Shown here: positions 56,575-64,000 of the stretch, piece by piece | Layout of the letters: each line of letters opens with the position of its first letter | Numbering within the stretch: position 1 is the first letter of the stretch | Virus record (IMG/VR): IMGVR_UViG_2595698524_000001 | Coordinates: 1-64,000 of that record | Source: a virus | Taxonomy: Duplodnaviria; Caudoviricetes | DNA: 64,000 nt | Direction: 5' to 3' (one strand) | Position numbers and translations under genes: made by a program | Notes under the pieces: model-generated | The model's database searches: none | What the model saw: only the letters and a program-made list of their open reading frames with translations | Told to the model about the DNA's origin: nothing

Positions 56575-57131
56575 TGTTGACCGAACAACAAAAAGACAGT
56601 CTGCGTAAAGCAGGTAATCGTCTGCACAATCTGATGGACTACCATGTCGAACATCGTCCTGCGATGCAGTTGCAGCAATATTTCTTCTTAAAAGACTCCC
56701 GGCCATTTATCTACGTTCACTCGCGTGTCCATTTGGCGATTTTAACGTGGTACGCGATGTTGCGTAAAGGCGACGAGAGCGGGTTCCGCGATGGGCCGTT
56801 GCAACTTGATACGCACGACATGGTTCTATTCGAGGAGCTCACCGGCAACCATAAAACCTTCTTTGAAGGCATGCTTGCTGGTACCATTTTACTGGAATTA
56901 GAAAAGGGCGACATGGAGACCGCCTTTATTCTTGGCCGCACACAGGAAAATCCTGGGTTCGATTTGGCAGAAGACGATACGGACCCGTTCTACTTGCCAT
57001 TGCAATTCGAAGGACGTTATGTGGGGGTTGAGGCTATCGGTTTGGGGAATAATGAGGTGGTATACGTCCCATTCATCACCGCGCCTACTGGTGAAACCCA
57101 GATAAATGTGCGCGAAGCCCACAAGCTGTAA
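56574..57131 (+). CDS. hypothetical protein, possible tandem family member 3
   Basis: TAATG coupling; weak motif similarity. Confidence 0.75.
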   Translation: MLTEQQKDSLRKAGNRLHNLMDYHVEHRPAMQLQQYFFLKDSRPFIYVHSRVHLAILTWYAMLRKGDESGFRDGPLQLDTHDMVLFEELTGNHKTFFEGMLAGTILLELEKGDMETAFILGRTQENPGFDLAEDDTDPFYLPLQFEGRYVGVEAIGLGNNEVVYVPFITAPTGETQINVREAHKL

Positions 57132-57132
57132 T

Positions 57133-57164
57133 AATAACCACCCTTCGGGGTGGTTGTTTTTTTT
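57133..57164 (+). terminator. intrinsic terminator
   Basis: AACCACCC-TTCG-GGGTGGTT followed by a T-tract. Confidence 0.85.
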
Positions 57165-57206
57165 CGTTTCAAATGGTATGAGGCGCTTATCCAGAGGACA
57201 CTCCCC

Positions 57207-58694
57207 ATGCTCCAGTATTTTGAAATACCGTCATTGGACGCTACCATGCGTAAGTCCATGGCTGATGGTATCATATCTCGCGTCCTCTTAGAGTCCGGCA
57301 TCGACCCTAAGAAAGTCATCTACACAGATGACCTCGACAACGCGCAACAACCCGGTGCCACTGTCGGCGACCAGACAGAGATTCTGTACGCATCGCCCGA
57401 TTTGATTGAAGTGGAAATTGTCGAAGAACGAGACGAGATGGAACGTATCGCACGGGGTGTGGGTCTGCATCGTGAGCGCTACTTCTTTGAGAACAAACAT
57501 GACCACGTGAGAGCGTGGGCTACTCGTGTCTTTTATAATGTCACGGTGAACATCAAACGTCGTTCTAAGTCACGTACAGACTTGCATCGTTGGTGTAACC
57601 GTCTGAACTCCCTGATTGACATGGGGCGTTATTCGACCAAGATGGAATCCGAATCGTACTTCCTGATTCCGATGGAAGCACTGCGTTTACTGAACGCCTG
57701 TTACGTCGCGGCCGAAACCCGTGTACCACGTCACGCCAGCTTTAAGGATTACCTCAAAGCGTATTTCAGTGACGAGATTACCGTTACTACCGACGTTGCT
57801 GGCCAGAAGAACCGTTTAGCGGTTCGTCACTCCCCAACCCGTGTGGAAGTGGTGTACGACGTTAACGGGCCGCAGACCGGTAAGGATGAAAACGATTGGA
57901 GCGCAACGTTCAGCTTCAACTACCGTTATCAGCGCCCTGAAGAGGTACTGATTGAACATCCGTACATCTTAAACCAGACCCCGATTGCCAAAGAGTATTT
58001 CCCGCAGCCTGAACCACCCTTCTTATCTAACGAAGAGATGGTTGACCGTGGGATTGTACAGTCTCTGCAAGATGCGCTGGCCTATGAAGGTACTCGCCCC
58101 CCATTACTGCAACTGCCGTATTTGTTGTCGGATGAAGAGCAGTATCTGAAGCTCCATCGTGTCCGCCGTGCCTACGAGATTCCTATCTTTGGCACCGACG
58201 TCGCCTTCGGACCTGAGAACATGTCAAACCCTGACGTGCTCAGTATCGACCAAGTGCCGTACACGTGGGTTGAGCCGATTAAGGAGTACATCCAATATTG
58301 TCGTGACCGCGACCCAACAGGCCAGTGCTGCATCTTCCAGTTCCAGCTGTACAAAAACACGTTCTATATCGAACCGTCGAAATACCGTTGGGATGGTGAG
58401 TGGTTGATTCTCGAAGATGAGATTGATGTCACTGCGCAGTATTACGCTATGGAAGTTCTGCGTACCGACTGGGGTAACTTCCCGAAACAGTGTTTGTCTA
58501 TCATCGACAAATTCCCGGGTGTTATCGACTGGATTATTGATTGGCTGATTCCGGGTCGTGTTAACCCGCGCCCTGTTAAACCGACCGTACCGGATGTCAT
58601 TGACCACATCGACAAAGACCGCCCTGATAACGGTTACTGGCTGACCATCTTCAACACGAGCATTATCGACGCTCGCAAAATGGGAGAACGTTAA
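57207..58694 (+). CDS. virion structural protein (phiKZ gp98-like)
   Basis: ATG after GAGGA; TATG at 57177; synteny. Confidence 0.55.
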   Translation: MLQYFEIPSLDATMRKSMADGIISRVLLESGIDPKKVIYTDDLDNAQQPGATVGDQTEILYASPDLIEVEIVEERDEMERIARGVGLHRERYFFENKHDHVRAWATRVFYNVTVNIKRRSKSRTDLHRWCNRLNSLIDMGRYSTKMESESYFLIPMEALRLLNACYVAAETRVPRHASFKDYLKAYFSDEITVTTDVAGQKNRLAVRHSPTRVEVVYDVNGPQTGKDENDWSATFSFNYRYQRPEEVLIEHPYILNQTPIAKEYFPQPEPPFLSNEEMVDRGIVQSLQDALAYEGTRPPLLQLPYLLSDEEQYLKLHRVRRAYEIPIFGTDVAFGPENMSNPDVLSIDQVPYTWVEPIKEYIQYCRDRDPTGQCCIFQFQLYKNTFYIEPSKYRWDGEWLILEDEIDVTAQYYAMEVLRTDWGNFPKQCLSIIDKFPGVIDWIIDWLIPGRVNPRPVKPTVPDVIDHIDKDRPDNGYWLTIFNTSIIDARKMGER

Positions 58695-60028
58695 TGCAGT
58701 TCATTCAAGCAGGTGGACGCCAAAAGTCCGAAGTCGTGACGGTCGAACCGCCCCGTCCCGAGATTACCAAAGCCAAAGACGGCGTGGTCGAAAAGACGAA
58801 CATCACCACCGAGCCTTCACGTACGACGGTAGTGGACTTGGAGCGTATCCCCAAGAGACACTTGTTGCAGTATACGTCAGGCTCGCCTTGGCCGGTGGAT
58901 TACTACCACCGACTGTCTGGGATAAATGACCCGAAGGCGTTCTTTGACCCGTCGGTGGACAACGCCACCCAGCAGTTCGAAGAAATCAAAGGGCAGATTC
59001 TTCGTGTTGGTTCTGCGTTAAGCTGGAATCAGGACTCCAAGAGTAAGGAGTTCACAATTACCGGTGAAGCAACGTTGGCCAACAGTATTATCCCGACCGA
59101 AGGTGATATCTTCATTGCTGACATCGGGGATGCACGTCGCGGCATCTTTGCGGTCAACAGCACCCAACGTAACGCCTACAACAAAATCGCCACGTACCAG
59201 ATTACGTACACAATGCTTTACGAGACCACACCGGAAACGGACAGGGCTTTACAGGCAGCGATTAAACGTACGTTCTTCTACGTGGCTGACCGGGCGTGGG
59301 TATCTGAAGACACGCTGTTAACGCAAGACGAGTATAACACGTTCCTGAGCGTGCGTGCTGAGCTGGAGTATCTGGAGAATATGTACGTTCGCATGTTCTA
59401 CGACCAAGAGATTGGTTCACTCCGCCTGCCAGTTACAGCCCGCAAGAACTACGATGTCTTCCTGACGCAGTTTGTGCGTGATATTGGCCTCAACCGTACC
59501 CCGGATGAGTTAACCATTTATCCACACACGCCATATCGTCATGATGACATGTTCACGGTCTGGAAAGCGCTCATCTGGCATAACGCGTCGATGTTACCGC
59601 AATGTCACAAAGACGGGAAGTGGTTCCAAGTCCAGACTTTCCGAACCTATCAGGTGCCGAACACCGTAGGGTGGTCACGCGTCCAATCCACCGTTTTCTT
59701 TGAGGGTCATTTACGACTGAAGAACATCCCGGACAACGTACCGGACTTCGACGCCGTAGAGGACCGTAGAAGCGATTTTACGGGCACTGTGCTTAAAGAC
59801 CTACCCTTGTTCGTTAAACCGTCGTTAACGCCGTATGTGTTCTCTGAGGCGTTTTACGGGGGGTCTTACGCATCGGTACTAGAATATGCAATCCAACTCT
59901 ATCTGAAGAAAGATAAACTGCGTGCGGATATCCCGTTAAAACTGGCAGAAGAATGTAAGCGACTCCCGCTGACTGCCCAGTTCTATTACGCACCGGTGGT
60001 TTATCTCCTGCTTAAATACGTGAGGTAA
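58694..60028 (+). CDS. virion structural protein (phiKZ gp99-like)
   Basis: 444 aa; TAATG coupling; synteny. Confidence 0.55.
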   Translation: MQFIQAGGRQKSEVVTVEPPRPEITKAKDGVVEKTNITTEPSRTTVVDLERIPKRHLLQYTSGSPWPVDYYHRLSGINDPKAFFDPSVDNATQQFEEIKGQILRVGSALSWNQDSKSKEFTITGEATLANSIIPTEGDIFIADIGDARRGIFAVNSTQRNAYNKIATYQITYTMLYETTPETDRALQAAIKRTFFYVADRAWVSEDTLLTQDEYNTFLSVRAELEYLENMYVRMFYDQEIGSLRLPVTARKNYDVFLTQFVRDIGLNRTPDELTIYPHTPYRHDDMFTVWKALIWHNASMLPQCHKDGKWFQVQTFRTYQVPNTVGWSRVQSTVFFEGHLRLKNIPDNVPDFDAVEDRRSDFTGTVLKDLPLFVKPSLTPYVFSEAFYGGSYASVLEYAIQLYLKKDKLRADIPLKLAEECKRLPLTAQFYYAPVVYLLLKYVR

Positions 60029-60579
60029 TGATGAAGAAGTCGCCTGCTTTCTACCTGTTCCATTCGTGGTACGGCTGGCGTGTGCCCGAGTATGCCACGC
60101 TTACCCGCTATGCTCGTGAAGAGCACGGGTTGTTTCTGCCAGAAGATCGCAACAAAGCGAAAGCAATTCTGCTGAACAAAAAGACGGTATTCTTAACCGT
60201 CGCGCAGGCGGCTGAGTACCTCAAGGATGGCGGGTCTTTAGATATCAACGACCCCGATAACGATGCGTTGCCGGTGTATCAGTTAATCATGGAACATCTG
60301 AACAACTGGTACATGTACCTGACACAACCCTCGTTGATTGTGCGTAAGGTGCCTATTGAGGGATTGCGTGAGTTTAATAAACTGGCGGGCGACCTCTTCC
60401 CGGTGGCCAACCGCAAAGGGTATTTCAAAAAGCCGGAAATCACCATGTCCATGCAGCTGGCGTCGTTCTTCGAAGACATTAAGCCGACGGCTCAACAGCA
60501 TCGCTTTAATGACCAGCTGATGTTGATGATTGAAAGCGCTTACCGCAAACGTGGGGGTGGTTATGTTCGCTCGGTTTAA
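60028..60579 (+). CDS. conserved hypothetical protein (phiKZ gp100-like)
   Basis: 183 aa; translationally coupled. Confidence 0.6.
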   Translation: MMKKSPAFYLFHSWYGWRVPEYATLTRYAREEHGLFLPEDRNKAKAILLNKKTVFLTVAQAAEYLKDGGSLDINDPDNDALPVYQLIMEHLNNWYMYLTQPSLIVRKVPIEGLREFNKLAGDLFPVANRKGYFKKPEITMSMQLASFFEDIKPTAQQHRFNDQLMLMIESAYRKRGGGYVRSV

Positions 60580-61852
60580 AGCGATTGTAGGCAAACACAT
60601 CGCAAAAGCCGTCGGTAGTCCAAAGCTTACGTACACTGTGGTTTTGAAAGCAAACGGAATTGCGGTCAAAGCCATGAAAGTGCACTCCATTACCCGACGT
60701 TCGGAATTCGTTCGCACGATGGGTACCACCACGTTCATCACAATCCTTGTTCCAATGACGCAGTTGCGTCTGTTGCTGTCAAAGACCTACGGGAACCTGA
60801 CGTGTACGCTCGGCACGTTCTCGCAAGGCAAGCTGTTACGTCGTGAGGTGTTGTACGGTGTGGTTCAAAACGCACAAGACCTTGACATGACCGCGCCGAC
60901 AAAGAACATGGGTCTTGGTGATGAAATCGATTTCTCGGTGGTCACACTGGAGTTGATGAACGAGGCTATCTGGAAACTGCGATTGGTGCAGCAGGGTCTT
61001 AACGTGCAGCGTAACGACCCGTTAACGGTATGTCGATTTCTCTTAGCACGTACGACGAGGGCACAGGATGCACAGAAGGGCGAGACGGAAGGGTTACAGT
61101 ATGCTGAGGAGCCGCAGACGCCATATTCATCGATTGTGGTTCCTGACGGCACCCCATTCCGCGGTATCTTCGATTACCTCCAAAACCGATACGGTGTGTA
61201 TGCCCAAGGGTTGGGCGTGTTCAACTATGAAGATGTGTGGTTTCTCTTTAGACCGTGGAATAAAGCCCGGTTTCAGGAAGACGACTATCGGTTGGTTGTC
61301 TACGCTGTAGCGGCCGATGACATGGCACAGCCTGACCACACGTTCCGTATCGAAGGGAAGACGTATTACGTCGTTGTAGCGGGCGATAATCGCCTCGTCG
61401 ACCAGCGTGACCAGTCAGCCCTTAATGAGGGCACAGGATACCGTGTAGCCTCTGTGCGTGCGTTAGATGGCCGTACTATCGACCAGACCGAGAACGGGCC
61501 CACACAGACCGTCTCAGACGCGTTTGTAAGCACCGCTAACCCGTCACCGCATAACTCTGGGTTAACCAATGCTAACTTCGGCGAGAAACGCTTTGCAGAC
61601 AGCGATAAAGCGATACGTAGCGAGCTTGCTCGAAAAGCAGGTCGTTATCTGACCGTACGCTGGTCACACGCAATGTTTGGGGCAGTACGTCCGGGTATGG
61701 GTGTGCAGTACAACTATGCCAACGACGGTGGTATGTTCACCAAACACGGGACGGTTATTGGGGAAGTCTACCACACGGCATTAGACGGTGGGGGTGCTGC
61801 TGGCGAACAGTACGTTTCGTCATCAGACATCATGCTCTGGATTGCTGACTGA
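60563..61852 (+). CDS. baseplate hub-like protein (T4 gp27-like; phiKZ gp101-like)
   Basis: beta-rich; C-terminal VRPGMGV...GTVIGEVYH pattern resembles hub proteins; inference. Confidence 0.5.
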   Translation: MFARFKAIVGKHIAKAVGSPKLTYTVVLKANGIAVKAMKVHSITRRSEFVRTMGTTTFITILVPMTQLRLLLSKTYGNLTCTLGTFSQGKLLRREVLYGVVQNAQDLDMTAPTKNMGLGDEIDFSVVTLELMNEAIWKLRLVQQGLNVQRNDPLTVCRFLLARTTRAQDAQKGETEGLQYAEEPQTPYSSIVVPDGTPFRGIFDYLQNRYGVYAQGLGVFNYEDVWFLFRPWNKARFQEDDYRLVVYAVAADDMAQPDHTFRIEGKTYYVVVAGDNRLVDQRDQSALNEGTGYRVASVRALDGRTIDQTENGPTQTVSDAFVSTANPSPHNSGLTNANFGEKRFADSDKAIRSELARKAGRYLTVRWSHAMFGAVRPGMGVQYNYANDGGMFTKHGTVIGEVYHTALDGGGAAGEQYVSSSDIMLWIAD

Positions 61853-61880
61853 TTTTTTACAACTGAAAGATTAGATATAG
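61853..61880 (+). promoter_or_regulatory. putative middle-class promoter driving a non-coding unit
   Basis: TTTTTTAC AACTGAAAGATTAGA TATAG. Confidence 0.6.
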
Positions 61881-62025
61881 GCAGCCAGGGGATACCTGAG
61901 TTGGGGAGGGGGTTTTTTAACGAGTGATGAGCGTAGCGAATCACGACTTCCTTATTCCTAAGTAATCCTCTCTAAGGATTACGCTCAGTAAGTGTGCTCT
62001 CCCTTCGGGGAGAGTCCTTATTTTT
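61881..62025 (+). ncRNA. candidate structured small RNA
   Basis: bounded by a promoter motif and a UUCG terminator; nested stems; no ORF longer than 13 codons. Confidence 0.5.
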
Positions 62026-62030
62026 CTTTT
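61996..62030 (+). terminator. intrinsic terminator
   Basis: GCTCTCCC-TTCG-GGGAGAGT followed by a T-rich tail. Confidence 0.8.
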
Positions 62031-62084
62031 ACGTCATTTTCTAATCCTATGCTAACAAACACCTCTTTAACAAGGAATTATTCG

Positions 62085-62828
62085 ATGAACGAAATTATCC
62101 GTTACATGCTCTCCGCCGATGTCATTCTGAAGATTGACGAATACGAGAAAGCAACGTTCGGTAAAAAAGCCACCAAGCTCTGGGACCGTATCATCAAAGT
62201 CCTGCCGCACGGTGAGCAGATTGAAATTCTGGGTGTGCAGGCAACCAACCGCGATACCACCATTGCTATCCTCTATAAAGTCGATGGCGTGGAAGGCGGT
62301 AAAAACCTGCCTATCGCTGACGAAGGTTCACTGGGCAACCTGCTGTTCATGCACTGCGTAGCGTTTGCTACCCCGTACCAGATTTTGCATACGCTGTATA
62401 GCTTCGACTATATCTACGCGATTGCAAACATCATCTCGGGCCGTATTAAGCCGGGCGACTCCGACACTTATCCGCAATACGTTAAGCGTATCCGTCCGGA
62501 AGACTTCGACGACGAAGTTTCGCTGGATGTGTTCCGCTTTGAGCTGATTGGTGAAAACCGCACCGACGACTTCGTGACCTACCTGAAAGCGATCGTGCGC
62601 TACCATGCGCAGATGTCGACTGACGATATGTCCAACAACCACAACGAGCTGTATCCGGTTCTGATGTACGGTAACCGTGTAGCCTTCGGTACGTACATTC
62701 CGTTCCCAGCCCGTATCCTCGCACCGTACCACGACAGCACTATCCTGCCCGAGCCGGAAGAGCTGGGTCTGTTGTTCAGTGATGCGGTCAATGTGATTAG
62801 CGAACAGCGTCACCATCTGCAGCATTAA
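62085..62828 (+). CDS. hypothetical protein
   Basis: ATG after AAGGA; preceded by TTTTAC-N15-TATG. Confidence 0.8.
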   Translation: MNEIIRYMLSADVILKIDEYEKATFGKKATKLWDRIIKVLPHGEQIEILGVQATNRDTTIAILYKVDGVEGGKNLPIADEGSLGNLLFMHCVAFATPYQILHTLYSFDYIYAIANIISGRIKPGDSDTYPQYVKRIRPEDFDDEVSLDVFRFELIGENRTDDFVTYLKAIVRYHAQMSTDDMSNNHNELYPVLMYGNRVAFGTYIPFPARILAPYHDSTILPEPEELGLLFSDAVNVISEQRHHLQH

Positions 62829-62880
62829 AAATAAAGCCGACTACTACCCTTCGGGGTAGTAGCGGTTATTTTCTTTTTTT
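62827..62880. terminator. terminator with bidirectional architecture
   Basis: CTACTACCC-TTCG-GGGTAGTAG with A and T flanks. Confidence 0.85.
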
Positions 62881-62900
62881 CCTAACGAAAAATATTTCAG

Positions 62901-62919
62901 ATATATATTACTTTTGTGA
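62901..62919 (+). promoter_or_regulatory. putative early promoter
   Basis: ATATATA-TTA-CTTTT-GTGA; contains TATATTAC, the published phiKZ early motif. Confidence 0.7.
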
Positions 62920-62965
62920 ACGAGATACATTATCTCTTAATCTAATACACTGTGGAGCTATTCAA

Positions 62966-63241
62966 ATGTCTATTATTCGTGTTCTGATTCATACCCTCGC
63001 TATTCTGGCTGTCGCTGTATTCTTCATCCTGTCTCCATTCGCAGTAATGGATTTGCTGGGTGGTCAAGAGAATGCAATCGTTGCTGGTTTAGGTGGCGCG
63101 CTTTACATCGTCACCGCTTTAGGTTTCCTCTTCAGCGATGCTTTAGAATTGAACTTCGGTCCATTCCGCTGGTACCGCAATCTCGTTGAAAAGAACCGTT
63201 ACGTGGCTCCAGTGTGGAACTACATCTTCGGCAACGAATAA
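62966..63241 (+). CDS. small membrane protein (two TM helices)
   Basis: 91 aa with two hydrophobic segments; GGAG RBS. Confidence 0.8.
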   Translation: MSIIRVLIHTLAILAVAVFFILSPFAVMDLLGGQENAIVAGLGGALYIVTALGFLFSDALELNFGPFRWYRNLVEKNRYVAPVWNYIFGNE

Positions 63242-63290
63242 CCCCAACTCTTAACTGACTCACAACAACTCATTTATAAGGAATACTATT

Positions 63291-63464
63291 ATGCGCAACG
63301 ACAACCTCGACGCCCTGCTGAAACTCTCTGGTAAAGAACTGGCTGCTGTAATGGCTCAGGTTAAAGCTGAAAAGGCAGCGGGTCAACGCCTGGCGTCTGT
63401 TAATCCGGTAAAGGCGTACCTGTCTACCGATTCCCATCCTAACCGTATCATCAATAAGGTGTAA
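63291..63464 (+). CDS. 57-aa hypothetical protein (absent from the ORF track)
   Basis: AAGGA RBS; MRNDNLDALLKLSGKELAAV...NRIINKV*; fills the gap between flanking genes. Confidence 0.75.
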   Translation: MRNDNLDALLKLSGKELAAVMAQVKAEKAAGQRLASVNPVKAYLSTDSHPNRIINKV

Positions 63465-63466
63465 CC

Positions 63467-63916
63467 ATGTACGTACTGAATGACAAAGGCGCAGCACGCG
63501 TCGCTGAACTGAAAATTCTCTCCGGCGTTGAACTGACGCCGGTACATGGCAAACAAACCATCCAACGTGACGGAGGCATCTACCGTAAATTTAAATTGAC
63601 TAACCACGGACGGGTGCACTTCGTCGAACTGGAGCTTGATGAATACAGTCTGACACATCCGGCTGACATTCAACCAATCACGCTCGACGATGAAGAACCT
63701 ATCGTGTTCGAAACCATGCACAACTGTTCACGTGGTGCACGCTACAAAGTCGAGCTGTGTCGTGACGGCGGACGTGGGTTCATCAAAGTGAAAACACTGG
63801 CAGGCATCAACCCGAGCGATTTCAGCTTTGCCATTAACCACATCATCCAAGACCTGTTAACGAGCGCTGCTCAAAACATGCGGATGAAAATTAACTCTTT
63901 CCCTCAAATTTCTTAA
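63467..63916 (+). CDS. hypothetical protein
   Basis: 149 aa with AAGG RBS. Confidence 0.8.
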   Translation: MYVLNDKGAARVAELKILSGVELTPVHGKQTIQRDGGIYRKFKLTNHGRVHFVELELDEYSLTHPADIQPITLDDEEPIVFETMHNCSRGARYKVELCRDGGRGFIKVKTLAGINPSDFSFAINHIIQDLLTSAAQNMRMKINSFPQIS

Positions 63917-63930
63917 TAAGGATTTCCAAC

Positions 63931-64000
63931 ATGAAAGCTTACTTCAATACTCGCGTTCTGGCTGTTTTCATCATCGCAACCCTGCTGGGTACTCTGGGTG
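63931..64000 (+). CDS. partial membrane or secreted protein (runs off the window)
   Basis: AAGGA RBS; MKAYFNTRVLAVFIIATLLGTLG. Confidence 0.65.
   Translation, partial: MKAYFNTRVLAVFIIATLLGTLG

Noticed and set aside
61881-62025. tRNA gene
   Set aside because: No cloverleaf, T-loop GTTCRA or CCA end; retained only as an ncRNA candidate

Overview
This window is 64 kb of a nucleus-forming (phiKZ-related, Chimalliviridae-type) jumbo myophage genome. Gene order, gene sizes and A-x-E head-maturation motifs suggest an enterobacterial SPN3US/Erwinia-phage-like lineage; this is inferred from recalled literature, not from a database search. It is almost fully coding, and I see no tRNA, rRNA, CRISPR array, intron or mobile element. 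Recognisable modules: a family B DNA polymerase split into two genes about 28 kb apart; the phage-nucleus block (chimallin, ChmC-like, PicA-like and gp70-like proteins); four non-virion RNA polymerase subunits and one virion RNAP beta' fragment; an SbcD/Mre11 nuclease; an SF2 helicase; and head/ejection and baseplate genes. The most notable features read directly from the DNA are: (1) a probable programmed -1 frameshift (T TTT TTC, 36951-36957) joining two ORFs in the manner of tail-chaperone G/GT genes; (2) a promoter- and terminator-bounded, strongly structured ~145-nt RNA candidate at 61881-62025; (3) an origin-like intergenic region (13120-13345) with a four-tract G-quadruplex motif, a near copy of the E. 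coli oriC 13-mer and clustered GATCs; (4) FG/NPF-repeat and SYQG prion-like tails on the nuclear-import block proteins; (5) two divergent genes whose ribosome-binding sites are the two strands of one palindrome; (6) two fixed-spacing promoter motifs. Homology names rest on motifs plus synteny and need HMM or structure confirmation. Several starts were moved from the ORF track to the RBS-supported codon.
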